Assembly: GCF_016595495.1 (NCBI RefSeq)
Contig: NZ_JAENIM010000016.1
Coordinates: forward strand, 1 to 64,000
Direction: 5' to 3'
DNA length: 64,000 bases
Source of the DNA: Persicirhabdus sediminis
GTDB taxonomy: Bacteria; Verrucomicrobiota; Verrucomicrobiia; Verrucomicrobiales; Akkermansiaceae
The position numbers were made by a program, and so were the translations under genes. The notes below the pieces were generated by a model. It had not been told where the DNA came from, made no database searches, and worked only from the letters and a program-made list of their open reading frames with translations. Below, piece by piece: positions 47,076 to 56,578 of the stretch. Each line of letters opens with the position of its first letter. The first letter of the stretch is position 1.

Positions 47076-47762
47076 TTGTGGGTGTTTAATGGATTTATGA
47101 GTGATTTAGAATCGGCTGGACCAAAAATAAGCATACAAGCTGGCTTTGCGATTGGGTACAAAAGTGCCCTTGCTACTGCGGCTGATGAGGTGGAGTTAGC
47201 TGAGGGTACGCATTATCTGCTTGCCCGTAATGGGCGAGGGAAAACAACGCTTTTGCGCTCGCTGGCTGGAGTTTTGCAGTTGCGAGGCGGTGATTTCACT
47301 ATAGTGGGGCAAAATCAGTTTTTAAGTGAGGATATTTGCTTTGATCGTGAGTTGCCAGCTAAGTTGATTTTTAGATGTCTGCTGCCGAAGCAGGTGCTGG
47401 GCGAAGTGATGGATTTGGCTGACAAGCTTGAGCTGGATACCAAGCTTCCATATGGCAAGCTTTCAACTGGTAACCAACGCAAGGTTGCGTTGATCATGGC
47501 TGAATATGCAGTCGACCCTGATCAGGGAAATATTTTGTTATTGGATGAGCCGTTCACAGGCATGGATGTGTATGCCCGTGAAATTTTTCAAGACCTTTGG
47601 AAGTCACGCAAGAATGGTATATTGCGGGTTCTGAGCTGTCATCCGGATCAAGACAGTATGGTTATGGAGAGCGCTCTGATCATTAGTGATGGCAAGCTCT
47701 ACCATCTGGCGGGCGCTGAAAAGGCTGCAGAGTGGAGAGAACTAAAGAAAGAATTACACTAA
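47076..47762 (+). CDS. ABC-type ATPase with divergent motifs
   Basis: Walker A ARNGRGKTTLL, signature LSTGNQRKVAL, Walker B LLLDEPFTGMD. Confidence 0.55.
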   Translation: MWVFNGFMSDLESAGPKISIQAGFAIGYKSALATAADEVELAEGTHYLLARNGRGKTTLLRSLAGVLQLRGGDFTIVGQNQFLSEDICFDRELPAKLIFRCLLPKQVLGEVMDLADKLELDTKLPYGKLSTGNQRKVALIMAEYAVDPDQGNILLLDEPFTGMDVYAREIFQDLWKSRKNGILRVLSCHPDQDSMVMESALIISDGKLYHLAGAEKAAEWRELKKELH

Positions 47763-47769
47763 TAGGCTG

Positions 47770-48534
47770 ATGACTATTTTTAGATTAAGTTTAGCAACAT
47801 TGATACAGCGTAAAGTCTGGGTGATCGCTTTATTGTTAGCGCTCCTCTGTCCGATGGTGCTGCCCTACATGACGCCGGTAGATGTTAGCCCTGCTCTGCT
47901 GCCGCCAGCGCGAGCGCAGATGGCGTGGAATATTTTATGGATTTTGACTTTGTTCTGGCTGCTATTTCAATCGGCGCGATTTGGTGAAGATCATAGTAAA
48001 TCTGGCATGGGTGCTTATTTCCTTAGTCGCGGTCAGGGACGTTTGCAGCAACTACTACAGCTATGGCTCGCGAATCTAAGCATGCTGCTTGCCTTGTTGG
48101 TTATTACCGTTCTGATGTGTTTGATTTTTGCGATGCCTGAGGATCCAGTGCAGGCTTCACAGTGGCGTCTACTGAACGGGCAATACTTTGTTCTAGTATT
48201 ATTAAGCATGGCTCCATTGATGTTATTGGCCACGGCTTTAGGTAGTAGGTTTGGATCAACGATTGCTTATGTAGTCCCTGTCTTTTTAGCCCTATATGGT
48301 ATGTATGGTGTAGGTTACCTGCAGACGATGACGACGATGCGCATGAGTCCAGCGCTTGAGTGGATCTATGTTGTTTCGCCGCACTACCATTTAGCTGAGT
48401 TGACAACACGTATGGTATTCAAACAGGGGCACCTATTGGTCAGCGATTTCATACCGATAGTGGGGTACTTCTGTTGTTTGGCGATGTTGTTATTCTCTCT
48501 GTCCGCGCTTATATTCAAAGCTAAAGCTGTTTAA
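47770..48534 (+). CDS. Polytopic membrane protein, putative ABC-2-type permease partner
   Basis: About six TM helices, directly downstream of the ABC ATPase. Confidence 0.4.
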   Translation: MTIFRLSLATLIQRKVWVIALLLALLCPMVLPYMTPVDVSPALLPPARAQMAWNILWILTLFWLLFQSARFGEDHSKSGMGAYFLSRGQGRLQQLLQLWLANLSMLLALLVITVLMCLIFAMPEDPVQASQWRLLNGQYFVLVLLSMAPLMLLATALGSRFGSTIAYVVPVFLALYGMYGVGYLQTMTTMRMSPALEWIYVVSPHYHLAELTTRMVFKQGHLLVSDFIPIVGYFCCLAMLLFSLSALIFKAKAV

Positions 48535-48552
48535 TGTGTCTTTAGATATCGT

Positions 48553-49452
48553 ATGTGTGTCTCAATGAAATATCGGTTTGCTTGGTTTGCTTTGATGTTA
48601 GTTTCTCTAGCTGCCGCTCTTGCAATGGTGTCCGCGCTGGATACTCGAGGGTTGATTGAATACGATCCAAATATTGCAGGCGTGAAGGGGAGCGCCTATG
48701 GGAAAGTTGCTGGTAAAATGGTTCAAGGCGATGTTAGTTTTTATTTCCACCGTGGAACTTCTCACGAGCATAACCACGCATTGGGTGAAGAGTGCGAAGA
48801 GTGCGACTCGCATGCTGCTAGTGTGCATGTGCATGATGAAAATTGCGATCACGGGCCCGATCTTGTTTCCTCTCAACAGAAGGATAAACCGCTACGTGTG
48901 CGTGCATTGAGTCATATTGAGTTAATGGAAGCTACGGTTCATAGAAATAACAGTGGCTTCTATCTGACTGATCAGCATGATTATTACTTGAGGCAAGAGA
49001 CCGAAAAGTTGTTAAAGTTTGCCTACGAGTTAGATCCGACCAATTATGTTAATTACTCTAACTATTATTTCTATCTGCAGATTTCAGATGGCTTAGGTAC
49101 AACTGAGGTAGGTGAATATGATTTGGATATGTTGACTGAAAATACCCTCAAATTCGTGGCAAACGATAACGAGGATCCGCGCGCACAACTCACTGCGATG
49201 AATGCGATCATCAATAGGATGTATATGGTCACGCGTAATCCTGGTAAGTATACATCCGCTGATACTGATAAGTTAGTCATTGAGTATGAGAGCTTTTCTA
49301 ATAAATATATTGAGGTGAGGGCTACAGCTGAGAGTCAGGGGAGATTGGCTATGGTTTCCGCGCAAGAGCGAGCGGATATGGATGAGCGGTATAGGTTCCT
49401 GAGTAGACTGTTTGAGTCCTTTGTTATTGTTTTTGAGCGGGATATGAAATAA
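48553..49452 (+). CDS. Secreted His/Cys/Glu-rich hypothetical protein
   Basis: Signal peptide followed by HRGTSHEHNHALGEECEECDSHAASVHVHDENCDHG, a metal-binding-like cluster. Confidence 0.4.
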   Translation: MCVSMKYRFAWFALMLVSLAAALAMVSALDTRGLIEYDPNIAGVKGSAYGKVAGKMVQGDVSFYFHRGTSHEHNHALGEECEECDSHAASVHVHDENCDHGPDLVSSQQKDKPLRVRALSHIELMEATVHRNNSGFYLTDQHDYYLRQETEKLLKFAYELDPTNYVNYSNYYFYLQISDGLGTTEVGEYDLDMLTENTLKFVANDNEDPRAQLTAMNAIINRMYMVTRNPGKYTSADTDKLVIEYESFSNKYIEVRATAESQGRLAMVSAQERADMDERYRFLSRLFESFVIVFERDMK

Positions 49453-49470
49453 TATCTAATAATTGTAATT

Positions 49471-50739
49471 ATGTTTAATCAAAATGATGCTATCTCGCCC
49501 CCTCCGCTTCCTCAAAGTGCTGAGGCTTTAACATTCCAGCCAGCAATGACTGGAGCGGAGTTGCTAGGGGTGATGTTTAAGGTTTGTGAAAGCCGAGGGG
49601 TCTCTGATATTCAGATACGATCTGGCTTGCCTATCTATATCGAAACTCACCTAGGTATGGAGTGTTTGGATCATCTTGGGGTATTAGAATCTCCTCAGGT
49701 TGATGAAATCTACAAGGAGTTGATTCGCCATCGAGAAAGCGGCAGTCATGGTTTTGGTCTTTCTGAATCAGCGGAAATGCACGCAGAGCACAAAATCCAA
49801 GATAAGATGGGGGATTTCTTGGAATCTAAAGTGGATGACTTTTCTTGTAATGGTATCAAGATTATTGGCACTGATCGATATTCTGGACGTCTGCGTATTC
49901 AGACTCACTTATCGGCAAATGGTCTTGGCATTACTTGTCGTATTCTCAATGACTCGATTCCAAATTTGGAGTCTCTGGGAATTGACCAGGATACAGCTCA
50001 CACATTAAAGATGGCTGTGCAGCGTCGTGCTGGGCTCTGTTTGGTGACTGGGCCGACAGGTTCAGGTAAATCAACTACTTTGGCAGCCTTGATTGATTGG
50101 GCTCGCCGCAATTTCCCGAAGCACATCGTCACCTGTGAGGATCCTGTAGAATACCAGTATCCTAACGATATGGATGATCCTGATCGACCTGGCTTTAAGG
50201 TGATGGCTCCTAGTATTGTCACCCAGCAGGAAGTTGGGCGTGATATTGAATCCTACAGGCAGGGGTTGAAGGATGTTTTGCGTAAAGCGCCTCATATTAT
50301 TCTCCTTGGTGAGATTCGCGATCGCGAAGCCATGGAAACCTGTATGGAAGCTGCACAAACAGGTCACTTAGTACTTTCAACCTTGCATACAACTGGCGCC
50401 GTTAAGACGATTGGTCGTATTCTGGAGATGTATCCACGCGAAAGTCATCCAGCTGTTTTGAATCGATTAAGTGAAATTCTAATTTTCATTCACTCGCAGG
50501 GTTTACTAAATGGACAAAGTGGGCGCGTTCTAACCTACGAATTTCTGCAAAATAGTGATGATGCAGTTGCTTCATCCATAGGCGCTTACGATAAGGGGTC
50601 AGGGGCGCTAGAGGATGCAATTAAACGCGCGGGCAATATTCCTTGGGATTTGAACTTGCAACGGCTCTACGAACAGGGCAAAATCTCTGTTGAAGTGTAT
50701 GAAAATGCACGCATGCATAGAGAATCTACTGATATATAA
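49471..50739 (+). CDS. PilT/PilU-like secretion ATPase (type IV pilus retraction ATPase family) with an extra N-terminal domain of about 150 aa
   Basis: LVTGPTGSGKSTTLAALIDW, IVTCEDPVEYQ, ILLGEIRDREAMETCMEAAQTGHLVLSTLHT. Confidence 0.8.
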   Translation: MFNQNDAISPPPLPQSAEALTFQPAMTGAELLGVMFKVCESRGVSDIQIRSGLPIYIETHLGMECLDHLGVLESPQVDEIYKELIRHRESGSHGFGLSESAEMHAEHKIQDKMGDFLESKVDDFSCNGIKIIGTDRYSGRLRIQTHLSANGLGITCRILNDSIPNLESLGIDQDTAHTLKMAVQRRAGLCLVTGPTGSGKSTTLAALIDWARRNFPKHIVTCEDPVEYQYPNDMDDPDRPGFKVMAPSIVTQQEVGRDIESYRQGLKDVLRKAPHIILLGEIRDREAMETCMEAAQTGHLVLSTLHTTGAVKTIGRILEMYPRESHPAVLNRLSEILIFIHSQGLLNGQSGRVLTYEFLQNSDDAVASSIGAYDKGSGALEDAIKRAGNIPWDLNLQRLYEQGKISVEVYENARMHRESTDI

Positions 50740-50846
50740 TATACATAACTAAACACAGTTGGTTTTCATCAAATGCATATAAAAATTTGGCGGAAGTAAA
50801 ATTCCGTTGATACACCCCATAAATAAAAACAAAATATAATACGAAT

Positions 50847-51254
50847 ATGAAACTAAATACAAATAAGGCAGTACTCAAGCCAGGTATGACACTGATCGAG
50901 CTTACAATCGTAATTCTCGTTTTGATCACACTCATCAGTGTGCTGTTCATTGGTGCTAAGGCCTATAAAGAAGGTGCTGATAACGCCACTTGTATCCTTA
51001 ACCAAGAGCAAGTTCAGAAAGCTGTTCGTTCTCACCAGAACATGAATGCTAAGAATGATACCGAATCATTCCCGCACGATGAAGTTTTTGGTGCTACAGG
51101 TATCATTTCTGAGCCAACTGAACCAACCGAGCCAGATAATCTTTATGCTGGTATGCAGGACGATGTTTACCCGGTAGTAGGTACAGCTTACATCTCATGT
51201 ACTACAACAAACGGTAATGGCCCACACGCACCAGCTTCAACTGAAGGTTGGTAA
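50847..51254 (+). CDS. Pseudopilin/pilin with a prepilin-type N-terminal cleavage/methylation domain
   Basis: MKLNTNKAVLKPG|MTLIELTIVILVLITLISVLF: Gly at -1, Glu at +5, hydrophobic helix. Confidence 0.7.
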   Translation: MKLNTNKAVLKPGMTLIELTIVILVLITLISVLFIGAKAYKEGADNATCILNQEQVQKAVRSHQNMNAKNDTESFPHDEVFGATGIISEPTEPTEPDNLYAGMQDDVYPVVGTAYISCTTTNGNGPHAPASTEGW

Positions 51255-51290
51255 TACCTGAGTTTTTTGACTCAACCTATTATTTCTTAG

Positions 51291-51326
51291 TCCCCTTCCT
51301 GGTATAGGGAAGGGGATTATTTTTAT
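51291..51326 (+). terminator. Rho-independent terminator after the pseudopilin gene
   Basis: CCCCTTCC-tggtatag-GGAAGGGG then ATTATTTTTAT. Confidence 0.55.
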
Positions 51327-51352
51327 CGCGATCCCATTACTGAATTATTGTT

Positions 51353-53104
51353 TTGAAAGAGTTCTATCACCCATCGGATCAAAACCCCTTTGCTGCTTAT
51401 CGACAAGCGGTATACTTCGCAAAAAAGACGACACGCGGCAGTAATGAAAATTGGTATAAATCCCCTGTAGAGCAGGATTGCCAAGTGCATCTGTACCTCG
51501 ATGGTTCAGATTCCGTTAACTATTTCATTTGGTCTACAGAGCAAGGTTTGTATACCAAGTCAGGCTCAATCAGCCTTGAGGACCTGTCAGACAAAGAGCA
51601 GCAGGTTAAGTTTGTTGGCAAGATCCTTGCCGGCGAAGGCGGAGCAGCTGATTCGATCGGATTTGTTTTCTACTTAGCCAATGAGTTTTCACTCGCAGCT
51701 ATCGGGCCTGATCATAAATTAAAGTCGAATTTCGCCGAGTTAGTTGAGGAGCTGACGGTAAGTCCAGCTGAAGTTCTTGAAGATAAGTCGATGGTCGCTG
51801 ATGAACGAGCTTTGTGTTTGTTCCCCTACCAGGGGGCTACTGGAGGTAATGATCAGTCAACCGTGGTTGTATTATCTCGTGAATACGAGGGTATTGTTGA
51901 TAATTTCCGTGAAATTGCGGACGAAAAAGATTTTCCTATTGTTGTTGCCGCTGTTAGTGCTCCGCTTTGTGCCTTGTTAGCATTGCCAGTTATTTGGGCT
52001 TCCAGAGATGATAGGGGTGTTGTTGTGGTCTACAACTACAGAACCTTTTCAATGCTGGCCTATTTTGATGCTAAAGGCGAGCTGTGTACTCTGCGTACAC
52101 TACAGCATCACGAGGGTAGTCAGTGCCCTAAAGATATTGGTCGCACTGTGCAGATGACTGCTGTGGCTATGGAGTTAGAGGACCCTGATGTACACATCAT
52201 TTCGATGGCTGATCACGACGTTACTGATGTTATTTTGAATATCGGTAGTGCGATGTATGCGTCGGAGATACGTGAGGTGACATTTGCTGAATTACAGCAA
52301 CGAGGGGGGCTTCAAGAAGGCGTTTTTGTTGAGGCTGCTCTGGTAAATAAAGTGTACGATCCTAGTGTTTATCCAATCGTCGAGAATAAGACTTTTACAG
52401 ACTTGCTAGAGTCTAAATATCATCTGCAAGACTTTTTAGTGCCGCCATCTGATATGCAGGAGGTTTACCCTGTGCATGGTGAAATTAAGCTAATGCAGAT
52501 GGTAAAAAAAATCCGTTTAGCGGTATTTGCATTGGCTGCGGTGATTGCCATCTACTTTAGTTTGTCAGCGGTCTCAACAATGGCTAAACCAGAATGGGGG
52601 CATAGAGCAATGAATCACGCTGCTGCTCAAATTAAAATCAATCAACAGATTAACGCTTATAAAAAATGGGATAATTTATTAGCAGATCGTTCTAAGGCAT
52701 GGGAGGTGATTGAGTTAGTGTCACGTACCTTTTCCGATGGTGGCGTTGAACTCACTAATGTGACTTATGATTGTACCGTGAAGGAGAAGTCTACGCGCAG
52801 TGTTGGATCTGACGATGAAGGGCTTCACAAAAGCTACTCGATAACAGGTAATGCTGATGCAAATGTGATCGATAAGTTGATCAAGTATGATACTCGAGAT
52901 GGTGGAGAGATGTTTTTTTCTGAGCTTTTTGAGGCCACTAAAATTGCTTCCTTTGAGCCTGCTGATACTAGGGATTTCGGCATTGCGTTCCAATACCGTA
53001 GTGCAAATTCACGTGGTGATGAGGGGCTGCCTTACAGCTTTACATTGCAAATAACCCAGAAATACTCTAAAGATGATCCGTTGGCTTTATTGTCATCAAA
53101 TTAA
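51353..53104 (+). CDS. Bitopic assembly protein (cytoplasmic about 390 aa, one TM, periplasmic about 180 aa). Topology resembles GspL or a PilM-PilN fusion.
   Basis: A single central TM (IRLAVFALAAVIAIYFSLSAV). The position inside the secretion cluster is suggestive. No sequence motif recognised. Confidence 0.35.
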   Translation: MKEFYHPSDQNPFAAYRQAVYFAKKTTRGSNENWYKSPVEQDCQVHLYLDGSDSVNYFIWSTEQGLYTKSGSISLEDLSDKEQQVKFVGKILAGEGGAADSIGFVFYLANEFSLAAIGPDHKLKSNFAELVEELTVSPAEVLEDKSMVADERALCLFPYQGATGGNDQSTVVVLSREYEGIVDNFREIADEKDFPIVVAAVSAPLCALLALPVIWASRDDRGVVVVYNYRTFSMLAYFDAKGELCTLRTLQHHEGSQCPKDIGRTVQMTAVAMELEDPDVHIISMADHDVTDVILNIGSAMYASEIREVTFAELQQRGGLQEGVFVEAALVNKVYDPSVYPIVENKTFTDLLESKYHLQDFLVPPSDMQEVYPVHGEIKLMQMVKKIRLAVFALAAVIAIYFSLSAVSTMAKPEWGHRAMNHAAAQIKINQQINAYKKWDNLLADRSKAWEVIELVSRTFSDGGVELTNVTYDCTVKEKSTRSVGSDDEGLHKSYSITGNADANVIDKLIKYDTRDGGEMFFSELFEATKIASFEPADTRDFGIAFQYRSANSRGDEGLPYSFTLQITQKYSKDDPLALLSSN

Positions 53105-53119
53105 GATTATTCAGAAACG

Positions 53120-53662
53120 TTGATGAAAACGAATTTATATAAAACTAGCATCATAATCTTTGGATTAGTTGTTCCTGTGGTACTTAGTTTGATCGTGATA
53201 GCTGTTTGTTATGGCTATAAATCCAGTACGGAAAAAACTTACAAAAAAAACAAATCTGATTACCTCGCTGAAATTCAGTCTCAGAAGGTTATTGATCGTC
53301 TGCAAAAAGACTTATCTGGAAAGAAGGACCAGCTGGAAGCATGGGAAGCTCAGGTTTCTGAGGAGAGCATTGTACAGCTCGGTAATGAGTTTCGTAAATT
53401 GCAGGCAAAGTACCCAAGTGATGTTCTGAGAAGAAATTCAGCCAATAAAGGAACCCAAAGCTCAGGCATGGGGAAAACTACTAAACAGACCTCTAATAGC
53501 TGGATCTTTGATTATAACGGCACTTTAACGGTAATGCAAAAAGCCCTGTTTGAGCTTGAAACTGAAATGCCGCAGATGCAATTGGATAAAATGACTATCC
53601 GTAAAGCTAGCAATGAAAATTTGCTACAATTTAACCTTAACTACACATCTTGGGAAAAATGA
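53120..53662 (+). CDS. N-terminally anchored periplasmic protein (GspM/PilO-like by position and topology)
   Basis: N-terminal TM IIIFGLVVPVVLSLIVIAVCY, coiled-coil periplasmic part. Overlaps the next ORF by 13 nt. Confidence 0.3.
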   Translation: MMKTNLYKTSIIIFGLVVPVVLSLIVIAVCYGYKSSTEKTYKKNKSDYLAEIQSQKVIDRLQKDLSGKKDQLEAWEAQVSEESIVQLGNEFRKLQAKYPSDVLRRNSANKGTQSSGMGKTTKQTSNSWIFDYNGTLTVMQKALFELETEMPQMQLDKMTIRKASNENLLQFNLNYTSWEK

Positions 53663-54240
53663 AGATTTCGAAATGCATAATAACTATCTTATTGGTATCT
53701 TCGCTAAGCTCATTTGCTGAGGCTGCTGAAGGTGATGATGCTCAGATAGGGCAGTCACGTTTTTTGGGGGAAAATAAAAGCGCGTACATCTCAGAGGTTT
53801 CAGCTAAGTTCGCTATGGGAGGTAGAGAGAAAGATCCATTTGGTTTACCTCAAGACCCTAACAAGGTTCCAGTGCAAAAAGCAGCTGCTCCTAAGCTAGC
53901 GCCAGTAAAGCGGGCGACGCCACTTCAGGACGTTGTTAATGAATTGGTGATTAATGCTCATATGCCAGCTTCAAAAGAGTTTATGGTCGGCGCTCGTATC
54001 CTCAAAGAGGGGCAGGTTATTCCGATGATCTTTGGCGGAGAGAAGAAGCGGGTTCAGATCACTGAGGTAGGCCGTGACGTGATCGTGTTTACGGATTTGG
54101 AGAGCAAAGAAAAGGTAGTACGTAAAATGAACGAGCTGCCGGATGGCGTCAATGAACTTGAAGGAGTTGAAGGCGTTCAGTCTGTGGAAGGTTTTCAGCG
54201 TGCGGATGAAGCGAATCAGGCTCCGATCGAGGTTCGGTAA
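53650..54240 (+). CDS. Secreted protein (PilP/GspC-like by position)
   Basis: Signal peptide ITILLVSSLSSFAEAA. Lies directly upstream of the secretin. Confidence 0.3.
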   Translation: MGKMKISKCIITILLVSSLSSFAEAAEGDDAQIGQSRFLGENKSAYISEVSAKFAMGGREKDPFGLPQDPNKVPVQKAAAPKLAPVKRATPLQDVVNELVINAHMPASKEFMVGARILKEGQVIPMIFGGEKKRVQITEVGRDVIVFTDLESKEKVVRKMNELPDGVNELEGVEGVQSVEGFQRADEANQAPIEVR

Positions 54241-54325
54241 TATTTAACCCCAGGGCCCCCCTTAATAACACCCAAATACATATATAAGGGAATACCCCCA
54301 CACATAGGTAACTAAAAATAATACG

Positions 54326-55897
54326 ATGAAAAAACTAGTAATGACCATGATGGCACTGTCGGTGCCAGTGACGCCGCTAATGGCGCAGGATATGTCTGCA
54401 GGCGCAGGTGAAGCTGTAGTTGAGCAGGTAGAACAGGCAGCAGCGGCTGTTGATCAGGCGGCCAACCCGCAAGGGGATGTCGTAGGCGAAGAAATGCCTG
54501 CTACGGAGGAAGTTGTAGGTGAAGCGCTTGTTGTTGACGGCCAAGAGCAGGACACAGTGCAAGCGGGTGATGGATCTTATAAAATCACCAACGCAAAGCT
54601 GAATGATATTTTCCTATTACTCGCGAAGAAGGCTGATAAGCAGTATTTCTACAATGATCAAATTGCAGAGCGTACAGTAACTGGTCACTTGAATGGTGAT
54701 CTTAATCCACTGAAGCAAATGGAGGAGCTCGCTTACCAATACGGTCTTCGTATGTATGAGCGCGGTAATACTGTTTACGCGATGACAGAAGCTCAGCTTG
54801 ACCAACTTCCAGCTACTGAGTGGAGCTACCAACTGCGTTATCTTCGTCCATCTGACATGAGCCAAATCAAAATGTTGATTTCTCCATTGCTCACACCAGG
54901 TCGTGGCATCGTCAACTTTGAGCCAAAAACAAATACCCTTGTGATTATTGATTCAGTCAATCGCATGGAAAGAGTGAAAGCTCTGCTCGCTAAGATTGAC
55001 AAACCTAAGGGGCAAATCGTTGTGGAAGTTAAAGTTCTTCGCGTTAACCGTAATGAAGGTAGCTACCGTGGTACTGATTGGTCTAGCACTTTGGGTCGCA
55101 GCGGACTTTCAATCAATACAGTTGCAAGTTTGAACAATGTATTTGGTATCCCATCTGCCGCTGTAGGTGATGCTGTAGGCATCTCTGGAGGAGCAATTCT
55201 CTCTGAAACATCTACAGCTAACGTGATTTTGAGCCCTGTTGAATTGCAGGCCGTTGTCCGCGCACTGGATGAAAACGGGATTGCAACACAACAGTCAAAC
55301 CCTGTTGTGATCACGGAAGATAACGAAGCTGCTCTGGTAGCTCTCATTGATCGTTACCCAATCATCACAACAACAACTAACCAAGGAACAAGCACAAGTT
55401 CTGTATCTGAGGAAGTTCGTTACACAATTGATGAAAGTGATTCTACTGATCCAGAAAATACACGTGAGATTGGTGTGACACTATCTTTAACTCCAACACT
55501 GCTTCCTGATGGCACAGTACGTATGAATATGCGTCCTCGTGTAGCTCAGATCACGGAGTTCATTTCTAGCGCAGTTACAGAGAACACATATCCACGTGTT
55601 AGCGAAGCCACAATCGATACGATTGCCCGTATCCCAGATGGTCACTCACTGGTTGTCGGTGGTTTCTTCACTGAAGAAAGCCGCAAGGACAAGAATGGTA
55701 TCCCTATCTTAGGCAAGATTCCAGTTCTTAACTTCTTCTTCGGCAGTGAGTCTGATACTCAGGAGAAAGCTAGCCTTTGCTTCATCATTACTCCGACTTC
55801 ATATGACCCAGCTGATCGCTCAGCGAATGATCATCATTCGAATAAAGCGCATAATTTCCTTCACGGAAATCAAGCTGTACCAGCTGCAGGGAAGTAA
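54326..55897 (+). CDS. Secretin (GspD/PilQ family outer-membrane channel)
   Basis: Signal peptide. N-domains. C-terminal secretin core VVGGFFTEESRKDKNGIPILGKIPVLNFFFGSE. Confidence 0.85.
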   Translation: MKKLVMTMMALSVPVTPLMAQDMSAGAGEAVVEQVEQAAAAVDQAANPQGDVVGEEMPATEEVVGEALVVDGQEQDTVQAGDGSYKITNAKLNDIFLLLAKKADKQYFYNDQIAERTVTGHLNGDLNPLKQMEELAYQYGLRMYERGNTVYAMTEAQLDQLPATEWSYQLRYLRPSDMSQIKMLISPLLTPGRGIVNFEPKTNTLVIIDSVNRMERVKALLAKIDKPKGQIVVEVKVLRVNRNEGSYRGTDWSSTLGRSGLSINTVASLNNVFGIPSAAVGDAVGISGGAILSETSTANVILSPVELQAVVRALDENGIATQQSNPVVITEDNEAALVALIDRYPIITTTTNQGTSTSSVSEEVRYTIDESDSTDPENTREIGVTLSLTPTLLPDGTVRMNMRPRVAQITEFISSAVTENTYPRVSEATIDTIARIPDGHSLVVGGFFTEESRKDKNGIPILGKIPVLNFFFGSESDTQEKASLCFIITPTSYDPADRSANDHHSNKAHNFLHGNQAVPAAGK

Positions 55898-55916
55898 TTT
55901 TAGGTTGTTTAATTTA

Positions 55917-55958
55917 AATCCCCTCGTCGCTGGAGTCATCCAGGGGAGGGGATTTTTA
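55917..55958 (+). terminator. Terminator-like hairpin after the secretin gene
   Basis: ATCCCCTC...(inner hairpin CTGGA-gtcat-CCAG)...GAGGGGAT then TTTTATT. Confidence 0.5.
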
Positions 55959-55999
55959 TTCCAACATCGTAGACCCCTAAAACCCGTTAATATTAAATT

Positions 56000-56578
56000 A
56001 TGGAAGTAGGAGCAGGAGAGCCTAAATTGCCGAAAATTAATGTAAAAAGTGCATTTGTGCCATCACACATGGAGCACTCACTTTTGCATACACTTCGTAT
56101 TATTCAGGAGTTAGATCTAGCAACCCATGACGAGTGCATGAAGGTTCGTATGAAGGTCCGTGGTAAATGGGAGCTGGGACAGCCAGCGGATGCGGTTGAG
56201 GTTCTGGCCAGAATGCAGGGGCGTCCTGATGAGATTCTTGACGAGTCTATCGAAAGGATTTCGCAAAAATTGGCAGGATCGTGTGTGATCCCGCCTGCTC
56301 GTATTCCGTTTGCATCTCGATTTGAGATGCCAATGGCATTTTACGACAAATATCCAGATTTACAGAAGTTAGCCAGAAACTACAAAGCTCCGGTTTTGTA
56401 TGCTGAGGAAGCTGACGTGATTGGTATTGGCTCGGTTAATCCATATTTTGCTGAGGCATTTGCCCAGTCTATTGAAAAACAAATTTTTGCCCAATTGGGC
56501 ACCAAACCAATTATTACTATTGTGCGTCTTGAGCCAGTTAGTTGGCAGAAACTTTGTAAAACCCACTTTAAGATATGA
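56000..56578 (+). CDS. Hypothetical cytoplasmic protein upstream of gspE
   Basis: ORF only. The stop overlaps the gspE start. Confidence 0.3.
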   Translation: MEVGAGEPKLPKINVKSAFVPSHMEHSLLHTLRIIQELDLATHDECMKVRMKVRGKWELGQPADAVEVLARMQGRPDEILDESIERISQKLAGSCVIPPARIPFASRFEMPMAFYDKYPDLQKLARNYKAPVLYAEEADVIGIGSVNPYFAEAFAQSIEKQIFAQLGTKPIITIVRLEPVSWQKLCKTHFKI

